Positions 19,581-30,399 of a stretch of DNA of 57,274 bases are shown piece after piece. A program made the position numbers and the translations under genes. The notes under the pieces were generated by a model. That model was given only the letters and a program-made list of their open reading frames with translations, did not search any database and was not told the DNA's origin. The DNA lies in assembly GCA_017828935.1 (NCBI GenBank), contig JAGAUG010000085.1, positions 1-57,274 of the forward strand, written 5' to 3'. Position 1 is the stretch's first letter. The number at the start of each line of letters is the position of its first letter. This stretch comes from Oscillospiraceae bacterium (GTDB taxonomy: Bacteria; Bacillota; Clostridia; Oscillospirales; Ruminococcaceae).

Positions 19581-20144
19581 ATGAGTGAAATTATGAGATT
19601 ATTAATTATAATTATTTTGATTTTAATTTTAGTAATTATAGTTTGTTATAATTCTTTGATTAGAAAGAAAAATTATATTACAGAAGCTTGGGCATCTATT
19701 GATGTTCAGTTAAAGAAAAAAGCTAATGTTCTTACGAATGTTGTTGATACTCTTAAGATGCAAACTAGCTACGAAAGAGAGACTTTATCTCAGATTATGA
19801 ATATGAGAGATAAGATGCTTTCTGGGGACAAAAACGAAGCGATCTTAGCGAACGATAAAATTTCTAAGATGATGACGCCGCTTTTTGGGTTAGCTGAAAA
19901 CTATCCTCAACTTCAGGCTAACACAGGTTTTTTAAAATTGATGGATCATATTAAAGATGTCGAAGAAAAAATTGCTTATGCGAGAAACAGATATAATATT
20001 GCGGTTATGAATTTTAATTCTTCACTTCAAATTTTTCCGACGAATCTTTTTGCTAAGTTATTAAGATTCAAGCCAGAGCAATCTTATGAAATATCAGATG
20101 TCGAAAGAGAATATTCTGATAATTTAAGAATAGGTGACTTGTAA
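19581..20144 (+). CDS. lemA: LemA family membrane protein
   Basis: Single N-terminal transmembrane helix, then YNSLI...AWASIDVQLKKKANVL...NRYN..V..FN, the LemA signature. Confidence 0.88.
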   Translation: MSEIMRLLIIIILILILVIIVCYNSLIRKKNYITEAWASIDVQLKKKANVLTNVVDTLKMQTSYERETLSQIMNMRDKMLSGDKNEAILANDKISKMMTPLFGLAENYPQLQANTGFLKLMDHIKDVEEKIAYARNRYNIAVMNFNSSLQIFPTNLFAKLLRFKPEQSYEISDVEREYSDNLRIGDL

Positions 20145-21106
20145 TGAAATATCAAAAAGCGCTTTTTTCTTATCAAGAGATCAGAAAAAATAAGATAAAA
20201 ACTAGTTTATTAGTTTTTTTATATGTTATTATTATTTTAGTTTTGTCTATCGCTATAGGTAATTATATAGGAAGTATTGAGCAAGGTTTATTTATAGGAT
20301 TATCAGTTGTTGTAATAGTGTTACCGATTAATATTTTAACTTCGAAATTTTTTATTGTTTCGTCAACTAAGGGAAAGCCGATTGATATAAATAATCTTGA
20401 GCATCTAAGAGTTAAAAATCTTGTTGAAGGCCTTGCAATTTCAGCAGGACTTGAAAGAACCCCGGACATTTATATTATGCCAACAAAGATACCGAACGCG
20501 TTCGCTGGAGGATTTTCTCCGAAGACAGCTTATATTGGAGTTACTCAAGGGCTCTTAGATATTATGAGTGACTCAGAGCTCGAAGGAGTTATTGCCCATG
20601 AGATGTCTCACATCGCTCAATATGATGTATTAATTTCGACAGTTTCGGTTAGTTTATTTAGTGTCGCTATTATTTTAGGAGATTTTTTATATAGAATATC
20701 TTGGTACGGATCTGGAAGTAGAAGATCATCGAGAAAATCAGATTCTGATAGCGATAAAAGCTTGGGTGTGATTATTTTAGCTATATCTATTTTGGCGATT
20801 ATTCTTTCTTGGTTTATTAGGCTAGTTGGAAATTTAGTTAATTTATCGATTTCAAGAAAAAGAGAGTACGCTGCTGACGCGAGCGCTGTTAGACTTTGTG
20901 GTTATCCCGGAGGTTTAGCTTCGGCGCTATCAAAGTTAGCGAGTCTTAGCAATCAAAATAAATATTCAAAAAAAGATATAGATCAACTAGGAGGAGAAAA
21001 TTTGATAGGATTATATATTTTTAATCCGATGAAGTCTCTTAATAATCTTTTTTCAACACATCCTCCGATAGAAGATAGAATTAATAAACTAAATAATATG
21101 TATTAA
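20144..21106 (+). CDS. M48-family (HtpX-like) zinc metalloprotease
   Basis: Its ATG overlaps the lemA stop (TAATG). Multiple transmembrane helices, an HEMSH zinc motif, and a C-terminal STHPPIEDRI motif typical of HtpX/M48B. Confidence 0.88.
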   Translation: MKYQKALFSYQEIRKNKIKTSLLVFLYVIIILVLSIAIGNYIGSIEQGLFIGLSVVVIVLPINILTSKFFIVSSTKGKPIDINNLEHLRVKNLVEGLAISAGLERTPDIYIMPTKIPNAFAGGFSPKTAYIGVTQGLLDIMSDSELEGVIAHEMSHIAQYDVLISTVSVSLFSVAIILGDFLYRISWYGSGSRRSSRKSDSDSDKSLGVIILAISILAIILSWFIRLVGNLVNLSISRKREYAADASAVRLCGYPGGLASALSKLASLSNQNKYSKKDIDQLGGENLIGLYIFNPMKSLNNLFSTHPPIEDRINKLNNMY

Positions 21107-21151
21107 AAAAATTATAAATTATTAAAAAATAAAATCGGAGTCAAGATAGTT

Positions 21152-22006
21152 ATGGCGAAAATATTAGGAGTTAGATTTAGACCGAATACAAAAATTCGTT
21201 ATTTTCTACCGGGTAGTTTTAATTGTGAGCTTGGAGATTTTGTTATTGCGAATACCCCGAAAGGAGTTTGTTTCGGAGAGGTAATAAAAATAATAGACGA
21301 AGAAATTTTAGATTATTTTAAAAAAAATACAAAAGATTTTAAGAAATTAAGAGATAGTGAAAACGAAATAGAGCCAATAATTAGATTAGCAACTAAAAAC
21401 GATATAGAGCAGCATAAAATTAATCAACAAAAAGCGGAGCTGGCTAAAAAAATTTGTTTAGAAAAAATAAAAAAAAATTATCTAAAAATGAGATTAATAG
21501 ATGTCGAATGTACTTTTGATAGAAAAAAATATTTGTTTTATTTTTCGGCTGACGGAAAGATTGATTTTAGAGCTTTAGTTAGAGATTTAGCGTCTGTTTT
21601 AAAAACTAGAATAGAGCTTAGGCAAATTGGTGTTAGAGATCAGTCTAAAATTTTAGGAGGTCTTGGTAGCTGTGGAAGACCGTTTTGTTGTTCTACTTTT
21701 TTGCCTGATTTTGGAAACGTTTCGATCAAGATGGCGAAAGATCAGGCTTTGTCGCTTAATCCGGTGAAGTTGTCTGGTACATGTGGAAGGCTTATGTGTT
21801 GTTTACAATATGAACAGGAAGCGTACGAAGACTTGATCAAGAATTCGCCTAAAGTTTGGAGTAAAGTAAAAACTTCAGATGGCGAAGGAAAGATAGTTGA
21901 CGTAAACGTATTAACTGGATTTGTAAAAGTTTTACTTGATAATAGAGAAAACGAATTTCCGAAAGTTTATCACAAAGACGAAATAAAAATAATATCAGAA
22001 GAATAG
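21152..22006 (+). CDS. yaaT: PSP1-domain protein (YaaT/RicT-like)
   Basis: PSP1 C-terminal domain with a Cys cluster (GSCGRPFCCSTFL...GTCGRLMCCLQYE). Confidence 0.85.
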   Translation: MAKILGVRFRPNTKIRYFLPGSFNCELGDFVIANTPKGVCFGEVIKIIDEEILDYFKKNTKDFKKLRDSENEIEPIIRLATKNDIEQHKINQQKAELAKKICLEKIKKNYLKMRLIDVECTFDRKKYLFYFSADGKIDFRALVRDLASVLKTRIELRQIGVRDQSKILGGLGSCGRPFCCSTFLPDFGNVSIKMAKDQALSLNPVKLSGTCGRLMCCLQYEQEAYEDLIKNSPKVWSKVKTSDGEGKIVDVNVLTGFVKVLLDNRENEFPKVYHKDEIKIISEE

Positions 22007-22034
22007 TATTTTAAATTAACAGGAGTGTTTTTAA

Positions 22035-23165
<1,131 letters not shown>

Positions 23166-23174
23166 GAATACAAT

Positions 23175-23663
23175 ATGAAAAATATAATTAATAATTCTAA
23201 AAAATATATTTTGTTTTTACTGATGCCAGTTTTAATTTTATTGGATCAGATTATAAAGTTTTTAGCTGAAAATATATTATCAAGATACGATACAGTGGCG
23301 ATTGTTTCGTCTGTGTTTCACTTGACTTATGTTAAAAATTACGGTGCAGCGTTTGGAATCTTACAAAATAAAAAAATTTTTTTAATAATAATAACGTCTA
23401 TTATTTTAGTTGGAACGATTGTTTTTTTGATTTTTAATAAAATAAATAACAGCGTTTTTTTGTGGTCGCTATCTTTAATAATTTCCGGAGGAGTTGGAAA
23501 TCTAATAGATAGAATTATAAAAGGCTATGTTGTTGACTATATTGACTTTAGATTAATTAATTTTGCGGTTTTTAATTTAGCTGATAGCTTTGTTTGTATT
23601 GGTGTATTTTTGTTTTTTATATATATGATTTTTATCGAACCAAAACAAAATTATGACGAGTGA
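23175..23663 (+). CDS. lspA: Lipoprotein signal peptidase (signal peptidase II)
   Basis: Four transmembrane segments, NYGAAFG and GGVGNLIDR motifs, and FNLADS. Confidence 0.92.
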   Translation: MKNIINNSKKYILFLLMPVLILLDQIIKFLAENILSRYDTVAIVSSVFHLTYVKNYGAAFGILQNKKIFLIIITSIILVGTIVFLIFNKINNSVFLWSLSLIISGGVGNLIDRIIKGYVVDYIDFRLINFAVFNLADSFVCIGVFLFFIYMIFIEPKQNYDE

Positions 23664-24591
23664 ATTTGAAAAAAAATATTTATTCGAAATAGATGATATA
23701 AATCTAAAAAATATGAGACTAGATAAATTTATAAGCTTAGAGCTTAAAGATTTATCTCGGTCTCGTGTTGTTGATTTAATAAAAAACAATAATATTATAG
23801 TTAATAACAAAATACAGCCTAAAAGCTATAAAGTAAACTTGGGCGATAAGATCGAAGTTTTTGTTCCAAGGCCACGAGAATATAGTTTAGAACCAGAAAA
23901 TATTTTATTAGATATTATTTATGAAGACGAAGATTTGTTGGTTGTAAATAAACCTAAAAATATGGTTGTCCACCCAGCTAGCGGAAATTATAAATCGACT
24001 CTCGTTAACGCGCTTTTATATCATTGTAAAGATAATCTTTCAGGAATCAACGGCGTCGCCAGACCTGGAATAGTTCACAGAATTGATAAAAATACAAGCG
24101 GACTTCTTATTGTCGCTAAAAACGATAGAGCGCATCTTGGGTTATCAGATCAGATTAAAAATCATAGTTTTAAAAGAATTTATCATTCTGTTGTTTACGG
24201 TATTTTAAAAAATAATAACGGGATAATAAACTTGCCGATTGGGCGGTCTGATTTAGACAGAAAAAAAATGAGTGTTAAATATCAAAATTCAAAAGAAGCT
24301 ATAACAAAATATAAAATTATAAAAAAATTTGATAAGTTTTCTTATATTGAATTAGAACTTAAAACTGGTCGAACTCATCAAATAAGAGTTCATATGGCGC
24401 ATATTGGTCATCCGGTTGCTGGGGACGATGTTTACGGTCCTAAAAAAGTTATTTCGGAACTTGGGGGCCAGTGTTTACACGCTAAAAAAATTGGATTTAT
24501 ACATCCGATTAAGAATATTTATATGGAATTCGACAGTGAATTACCAGATTATTTTAAAAACTTTTTATTTAAGCTAGAAAATTTTGATTAA
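23653..24591 (+). CDS. rluD: RluA-family 23S rRNA pseudouridine synthase (RluD-like)
   Basis: N-terminal S4 domain, catalytic HRIDKNTSGLL, and TGRTHQIRVH. It overlaps the lspA stop by 11 nt. Confidence 0.9.
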   Translation: MTSEFEKKYLFEIDDINLKNMRLDKFISLELKDLSRSRVVDLIKNNNIIVNNKIQPKSYKVNLGDKIEVFVPRPREYSLEPENILLDIIYEDEDLLVVNKPKNMVVHPASGNYKSTLVNALLYHCKDNLSGINGVARPGIVHRIDKNTSGLLIVAKNDRAHLGLSDQIKNHSFKRIYHSVVYGILKNNNGIINLPIGRSDLDRKKMSVKYQNSKEAITKYKIIKKFDKFSYIELELKTGRTHQIRVHMAHIGHPVAGDDVYGPKKVISELGGQCLHAKKIGFIHPIKNIYMEFDSELPDYFKNFLFKLENFD

Positions 24592-24627
24592 TAAAATAAT
24601 TAAAAAATAAGATGAGGTTCGAAAATA

Positions 24628-26598
24628 TTGATTGATTTTAAAATAGACAAGAGAATATATATATTATTTGGATTGTCAATTATGTTTTTTTTGATCTTTG
24701 CACTTCAGTTATTTAAAATACAAATTATAGATAATAATAAATACGTTTTTTTAGCAAATTCAAGTAGTAGTAAAATACAAGTTATAAAAGCATCTAGAGG
24801 AGAAATTACAGATAGAAATTCAAAAATTATTGTTTCTAATAAGAACGGCTTTAATATCGCTTTAAATAAGGCCTTAATAGATAAAAATAGCGAAAATAAA
24901 TTAATATTAGATATTAAAAATTTATTATATAAATATAATATTAATCAAACAGATGAGTTACCGTTTGTATTTAAAAATAATAAAATATATTTTGATAAAA
25001 ATAAAAAAAGAGAAGTTAAATTATTAAAAAGTTATTTTGAATGCAACGAAAAAGTTTCGCCTAAAGAGCTTTTAGAAAAAATTATCAAAAAATATAAACT
25101 TCAAAAATATACGGTTTTTGAAGCGCTTACTATAGCTGGCGTTAAATATTCAATGGAAATTTGTGGATATTCTTATTCTAATCCGTATGTTATAGCGAGA
25201 AATATTCCTATAGAGTCGCTTATTAAATTTAAAGAATCTAGCTATGATTTCCAAGGTGTAGAAATTATTGAAACACCATCTAGAGAATATATTTTGAGCG
25301 ATCTTGCGCCTCATCTTATTGGAAACGTTGGACCTATCTTTGCTGAAGAATATGAAGTTCTAAAAGAACAGGACTATAAAATTAATGACATAATAGGCAA
25401 GAACGGGATAGAAAAATATTGTGAAAAATATTTAAGAGGTTCTGATGGCGAAAAAATCGTAAATTTAGATAACCAAGGAAACGTTTCGAAGCTTTATATA
25501 AAAAATGAACCAATACCTGGAAATACAGTTGTTCTTACTATCGATTCTGATCTTCAATATGTTGCTCAAAAGTCGCTTGAAAAACAGATTATAAATTTAA
25601 ATAATACTGCACCTGCTGGTAAAGGAAAAGAAGCAGATTCGGGAGCAGTTGTTGTACTTAATATAAAAACTGGTGAAGTGTTAGCGATGGCAACCTTTCC
25701 GTCTTATAATATTAACGAATATAATAAAAATTTTTCGGAGTTAATAAACAACGAGAAAAAGCCGTTGTTTAATAGAGCGCTTTTAGGGGCGTACGCTCCA
25801 GGGTCATGTTATAAACCTGCCGTCGCTGTTGCTGCTTTAGAAGAAAATGTCGCTAGTGCGACTAGCTGTGTTCGTTGTGGGCATGTTTATAACTTTTTTT
25901 CTGGTTATAAACCAAGATGTCTAGGACACCACGGAAATATTAACGTTATGGACGCTTTAAAGCTTTCTTGTAATATATATTTTTACGATGTAGGAAGAAT
26001 TTTAGGAATAGACAGAATAAATTTTTATAGTCAGCAACTAGGTTTAGGTTGCGAAACAGGAATCGAGCTTCCAGAAAATATTGGTCAATTAGCTTCTCCG
26101 GAGCTAAGAAAAAAAAACGGAGGAAGTTGGTATCCGGGCGACGTTTTACAGGCAGCGGTTGGACAATCTGATAATTTGATGTCGCCACTTCAATTAGCTA
26201 ACTACACGGCGACGATAGCTAACCGAGGAAAACGAATGAAAGTTAGTATTATAAAACAAATAAAATCTTATGATAATAAAACTGTTATTTATGAACACAA
26301 CCCCAAAGTTGTTTGTAACGTTAAAGCAACCCCGCAAGTTTTTGAGACCGTAATAGAAGGGATGACGAGAGCGTCTAGGATTGGAACGGCTAGAAGATAT
26401 TTTGGAAACTATCCGATAACAGTTCCGTCCAAAACTGGAACACCAGAGACAGCGAATCTGTGTAATTCAACTTTTATTTGCTTCGCACCAGATAAAGATT
26501 CGGAAATTGCTATTGCTGTTGTTATCGAAAAAGGCTGGCATGGTTATACTGGAGCGCCTGTTGCAAAAGATATAATAGACGCATATTTCAAAAAATAA
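24628..26598 (+). CDS. mrdA: Penicillin-binding protein 2 (class B transpeptidase)
   Basis: TTG start and an N-terminal membrane anchor. Motifs SxxK (SCYK), SxN (SCN) and KTGT are present. Confidence 0.88.
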   Translation: MIDFKIDKRIYILFGLSIMFFLIFALQLFKIQIIDNNKYVFLANSSSSKIQVIKASRGEITDRNSKIIVSNKNGFNIALNKALIDKNSENKLILDIKNLLYKYNINQTDELPFVFKNNKIYFDKNKKREVKLLKSYFECNEKVSPKELLEKIIKKYKLQKYTVFEALTIAGVKYSMEICGYSYSNPYVIARNIPIESLIKFKESSYDFQGVEIIETPSREYILSDLAPHLIGNVGPIFAEEYEVLKEQDYKINDIIGKNGIEKYCEKYLRGSDGEKIVNLDNQGNVSKLYIKNEPIPGNTVVLTIDSDLQYVAQKSLEKQIINLNNTAPAGKGKEADSGAVVVLNIKTGEVLAMATFPSYNINEYNKNFSELINNEKKPLFNRALLGAYAPGSCYKPAVAVAALEENVASATSCVRCGHVYNFFSGYKPRCLGHHGNINVMDALKLSCNIYFYDVGRILGIDRINFYSQQLGLGCETGIELPENIGQLASPELRKKNGGSWYPGDVLQAAVGQSDNLMSPLQLANYTATIANRGKRMKVSIIKQIKSYDNKTVIYEHNPKVVCNVKATPQVFETVIEGMTRASRIGTARRYFGNYPITVPSKTGTPETANLCNSTFICFAPDKDSEIAIAVVIEKGWHGYTGAPVAKDIIDAYFKK

Positions 26599-26618
26599 AA
26601 TTTTTTTTAATTTAGTTA

Positions 26619-26647
26619 TTGACAAACAAATAAAAATATTATATAAT
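26619..26647 (+). promoter_or_regulatory. Promoter of the infC-rpmI-rplT operon
   Basis: TTGACA, 17-nt spacer, TATAAT (consensus match). Confidence 0.55.
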
Positions 26648-26653
26648 TAAAAT

Positions 26654-26834
26654 AAAGTTAATTAGTAATTAAATTTTATAAAAAAAGCGGAGCAGTTTTT
26701 CGTTCTCACCTGTAATGACTTGAGTGATTGTTGCGGGTTATAATAAATATTAATTGTGATAAATATAAAGATAATAATTTTATTATAATTAGATTTTGAG
26801 TGCGAGATTGTTTTGTCTTGCGCTTTTTGTTTTT
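26654..26834 (+). promoter_or_regulatory. Leader with an intrinsic terminator upstream of infC (L20-leader-type attenuator)
   Basis: About 180 nt of leader. It ends in the hairpin gtgcgaga/tcttgcgc (8 bp with two G-U pairs, 26800-26823) followed by TTTTTGTTTTT. The position matches the L20-responsive leader of Firmicute infC operons. I could not fold the L20-binding pseudoknot by eye. Confidence 0.45.
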
Positions 26835-26875
26835 AATATTATAAAAATATATTTTTATAAAAGGAGTGAACTGTT

Positions 26876-27394
26876 ATTAGCAATAAAAACATAATGGTCA
26901 ATGAAGGAATAAGAGTCAAAGAAGTTAGAGTAATTGATTCAGATGGTAGTCAACTTGGTATTATGCCGGTTAAACAAGCTAGGGAGATCGCTTTTTCTAA
27001 AGAGTTAGATTTAGTTAATATTTCTCCGAAAGCAACGCCTCCGGTGTGTAAAATTATGGACTATGGTAAGTACTGTTTTGAGTTAGCTAAAAAAGAAAAA
27101 GAAGCTAGAAAGAATCAAAGGGTTGTTGAAATTAAAGAGATTAGATTATCTGTTAATATTGGTGCTCATGATTTTAATACAAAGCTTAACCACGCTCAAA
27201 AATTTTTAACGAGCGGACACAGGATCAAAATAGCGGTTAAGTTTAAAGGTCGTGAAATGATGCACCAAAATTTAGGTGAAGATCTTATTAAAAAATTTGT
27301 AGATTCTTGTAGTGAATATGGTTCTGTTGATAAGCCACCAAAAATAGAAGGAAGAAATTTAATTTGTTTTGTTGCACCTAAGCAATCAAAATAA
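26876..27394 (+). CDS. infC: Translation initiation factor IF-3, probable ATT start
   Basis: The frame is open from the TGA at 26867. ATT at 26876 lies 9 nt after GGAG and yields (M)ISNKNIMVNEGIRVKEVRVI, which matches the conserved IF-3 N-terminus. The track's ATG at 26894 would remove it. Confidence 0.85.
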   Translation: MSNKNIMVNEGIRVKEVRVIDSDGSQLGIMPVKQAREIAFSKELDLVNISPKATPPVCKIMDYGKYCFELAKKEKEARKNQRVVEIKEIRLSVNIGAHDFNTKLNHAQKFLTSGHRIKIAVKFKGREMMHQNLGEDLIKKFVDSCSEYGSVDKPPKIEGRNLICFVAPKQSK

Positions 27395-27554
27395 AAATAA
27401 TATAATTTATTAATTCTTAGTTTAGTGTGTTTTTATTGTGTTTAGTTGATTCGTTTTATATTAATTATATTAAAGATTTAACTATTTAAACTAAGTCATA
27501 TTTTAATTATTTTTTAATTTTTTAATTTATAAATTAATACGGAGGTATATTAAG

Positions 27555-27755
27555 ATGCCAAAACTTAAATCTCATAGCGGAGCAAAAAAACGTTTTAAGT
27601 TTACTAAAAACGGGAAGATAAAAAAAGCTTGTTCTAACAAGTCTCATATTTTGAATAAAAAATCGACTAAACGTAAGAGAAGATTAAGAAAGACTGACTA
27701 TGCAGATAAAACTAATATGAATGCTGTAAAGTCTATGTTGCCTTACGCAAGATAA
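27555..27755 (+). CDS. rpmI: 50S ribosomal protein L35
   Basis: [23 protein letters not shown] is the L35 signature. GGAGG Shine-Dalgarno. Confidence 0.95.
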   Translation: MPKLKSHSGAKKRFKFTKNGKIKKACSNKSHILNKKSTKRKRRLRKTDYADKTNMNAVKSMLPYAR

Positions 27756-27791
27756 GATTAATAAAATTTAATATTTGGAGGTTATGTAATT

Positions 27792-28145
27792 ATGGCTCGT
27801 GTTAAAGGCGCGATGATGACTCGGAAGAGAAGAAAGAAAGTTTTAAAATTAGCTAAAGGTTATTTTGGAGCTAAGAGTAAATTATTTAAAACGGCTAAAG
27901 AAGCTGTTATGAAATCAGGGCAATACGCCTATATTGGAAGAAAACAAAGAAAACGTAATTTTAGATCACTTTGGATAACAAGAATTTCAGCAGCTTGTAA
28001 GATAAACGGTATGAACTATTCTACGTTTATTAACGGACTTAAAAAAGCTAATATAGATCTTAACAGGAAGATGCTTTCAGAGATCGCAATAAACGACCCA
28101 GAGGCTTTTAAAGATTTAACAGAAAAAGCGAAAGCGGCGTTGTAA
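27792..28145 (+). CDS. rplT: 50S ribosomal protein L20
   Basis: [26 protein letters not shown] is the L20 signature. Confidence 0.97.
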   Translation: MARVKGAMMTRKRRKKVLKLAKGYFGAKSKLFKTAKEAVMKSGQYAYIGRKQRKRNFRSLWITRISAACKINGMNYSTFINGLKKANIDLNRKMLSEIAINDPEAFKDLTEKAKAAL

Positions 28146-28211
28146 TTATTAATTAATAATATATTATTAATTGCGGGTGTTGATTTTAAAACTCGTGATA
28201 TTATGTTTAGT

Positions 28212-28245
28212 GCGCTCGGGGCTAACTAGCTTTGAGCGTTTTTTG
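28212..28245 (+). terminator. Intrinsic terminator after rplT
   Basis: gcgctc ... gagcg stem followed by TTTTTT. It lies inside the 5' extension of the track ORF 28171-29100, which argues against that extension. Confidence 0.55.
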
Positions 28246-28260
28246 TGTGGAGTGATATTT

Positions 28261-29100
28261 TTGGAATTTATTACTGGTAATTCGAACGAGCGAATAAAAA
28301 ATATTGTAAACTTAGTTAAAGATAAAAAAACTAGACAAAAACAAGGTTTATTTGTTATTGAAGGTCTTAAAATAATTTTAGAAGCGAAAAAGACAAATAT
28401 AAAAATAAAAACTATTTTGTTAACAGAGAAATTTTTTAAAAAAAATAAATCTAGATTAAAAAATATTTTAGATAATACTTTAGAAATTATTATAATAACT
28501 GAAAATATTTCTAAAAAAATTTCTAGTAACGTTACGCCACAAGAAGTTTTTGCGGTTTGTCAGATTCCGGAAACGAAATTATTAGATCATGTTTTAGATA
28601 AAAAAAATATTAATAATATTAATAATATTTTAATGATATTAAATTTACAAGATATTGGAAATTTTGGAACTATTATTAGAACTGCTAACGCCTTGGGAAT
28701 AGATTGTATCTTGATTAGCTCTGATTGTCCTGATATTTATAGTCCAAAAGTTTTAAGAGCGACGATGGGAGCTATATTTAATATTAATATTATTAAAATA
28801 AATAATAATACAGATGACATAAAAAAAATTATAAAGAGCTTTAAAGACAAGAATTTTATGGCTGTTGCTTCGGCTGTAGCTGACGATTGTAAGAATATAA
28901 ATCAAATTAGTTTTTTAAATAAAAATTTAATTATAGTTGGAAACGAAGGGAACGGGCTTGATAGAGAAATTATAAAAATTTGTGATGAGTCTGTTAAAAT
29001 ACCGATGATAAAAGAAGCCGATTCGCTAAACGTTGCAGTTGCTTCGGGGATCTTAATTTGGGAGCTCGTTTCTAAAACAAATAAATTATATTTAAAATAA
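28261..29100 (+). CDS. TrmH/SpoU-family RNA 2'-O-methyltransferase
   Basis: SpoU substrate-binding region plus SPOUT motifs (NFGTIIRTANALG, VGNEGNGL, SLNVAVASGILIWE). I place the start at TTG 28261 after GGAGTGA, downstream of the rplT terminator. Confidence 0.8.
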   Translation: MEFITGNSNERIKNIVNLVKDKKTRQKQGLFVIEGLKIILEAKKTNIKIKTILLTEKFFKKNKSRLKNILDNTLEIIIITENISKKISSNVTPQEVFAVCQIPETKLLDHVLDKKNINNINNILMILNLQDIGNFGTIIRTANALGIDCILISSDCPDIYSPKVLRATMGAIFNINIIKINNNTDDIKKIIKSFKDKNFMAVASAVADDCKNINQISFLNKNLIIVGNEGNGLDREIIKICDESVKIPMIKEADSLNVAVASGILIWELVSKTNKLYLK

Positions 29101-29125
29101 GTTATATAACAACAAGGAAAATAAT

Positions 29126-30361
29126 ATGATAAAAGATGAAGATATTATATATTGGGTTTGGCTAAGCCAACTTCTTGGAGCTGGTAACCCAGACGTTGAA
29201 TATGTTTTATCTAATATTGATTCACCAAAAGACTTATATAATTTATGTTTAAAAAATCGATTTGAAAATATAAAATTTTTGTCAAAGTATTTGATTAATA
29301 AAGCTAAGACAGTTAAATTAGATGACGCTGCTAAGATAATAAAAAAATGCAAAGAAAAAAGATACGAGATTATTACGATAAGAGATGAAATTTATCCGAA
29401 TAGATTAAAAAATATTTATTCTTCGCCGTTAGTTTTATATATCAGCGGAAGCTTAGATAGTTTATATAATATAGATAATATTTTATCTATAGCGATAGTT
29501 GGTTCGAGAAAGTGTTCGGAGTACGCTAGCGAAGTTACTAAATTATTTTCAAGCGAACTTTCTAAAAATAAAGTTATGATTATTAGCGGGATGGCTGTTG
29601 GAATTGACGGAATAGCTTTAAGAGAAGCTTTAAAAAATAAATCTGGTGTAATTGGAGTTCTAGGTTGCGGTTTGGATGTTAACTATCCGATTCAAAATTT
29701 AGATCTAAAAAAACAAATAGAAAGTTCGCCAAACGGATGTGTTATTAGTGAATATCCTCCGGGAGTAAGGCCGTTTTCTGCTCACTTTCCAGTTAGAAAT
29801 AGAATTATGGCTGGTCTTAGTAGCGGAGTTTTAGTTGTCGAAGCTGGAGAGCGAAGTGGTTCTTTAATTACAGCTAAGATCGCAACAGAACAAGGTAAAG
29901 ATGTTTACGGCGTTCCTAATAATATTTTTTTAGAAAATAATTTTGGAACGATGAACTTACTAAAAGAAGGAGCCATTTTAGTTACAGAACCAAGAGATAT
30001 TTTAGAAAATTATAAATATAATAATTATAAATTAAATAATATTAAAAATAAAAAAAATAATAATATATATAATAGCGATCTTAAAGATTATAATTTGAAT
30101 TATAATTTAAATTCAGATAAATTAAAACAAGCTATAGACAAATTTGATAAAAAAGATTATAATCTAAATAAACAGAATAATAATTTAACAGGAGTTCTAA
30201 AAGATATATATGAATTATTAGGGAGTGAAGGACCTCAAAGTGCAGATTATATATCAGATAAGTTAAACATTAGTATTAACGAAATTTTAGTAAGTATCAC
30301 AGAACTCGAAATACTTGGACTAATAAAAAATTTTACAGGAATGAAATATAAGATAATATAA
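29126..30361 (+). CDS. dprA: DNA-processing protein DprA (Smf)
   Basis: Rossmann-fold DprA core (IVGSRKCSEY...SGMAVGIDG...VVEAGERSGSLITA), an N/K/Y-rich low-complexity linker, and a C-terminal winged helix. Confidence 0.9.
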   Translation: MIKDEDIIYWVWLSQLLGAGNPDVEYVLSNIDSPKDLYNLCLKNRFENIKFLSKYLINKAKTVKLDDAAKIIKKCKEKRYEIITIRDEIYPNRLKNIYSSPLVLYISGSLDSLYNIDNILSIAIVGSRKCSEYASEVTKLFSSELSKNKVMIISGMAVGIDGIALREALKNKSGVIGVLGCGLDVNYPIQNLDLKKQIESSPNGCVISEYPPGVRPFSAHFPVRNRIMAGLSSGVLVVEAGERSGSLITAKIATEQGKDVYGVPNNIFLENNFGTMNLLKEGAILVTEPRDILENYKYNNYKLNNIKNKKNNNIYNSDLKDYNLNYNLNSDKLKQAIDKFDKKDYNLNKQNNNLTGVLKDIYELLGSEGPQSADYISDKLNISINEILVSITELEILGLIKNFTGMKYKII

Positions 30362-30399
30362 TTTTAAATAATTTGTATATTTATTATAGAAGGAGGGAT

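Noticed and set aside
28171-28260. A 30-codon N-terminal extension of the TrmH-family ORF.
   Set aside because: The extension contains the rplT terminator hairpin and T-run. A GGAGTGA Shine-Dalgarno precedes the in-frame TTG at 28261.
30010-30190. An N/K/Y-rich repeat-like segment in DprA (DYNLN motifs), considered as a possible inserted element.
   Set aside because: It is in-frame low complexity between the Rossmann core and the C-terminal winged helix. This is consistent with the genome-wide AT-driven linker expansion also seen in IF-2, PriA and ComEC.
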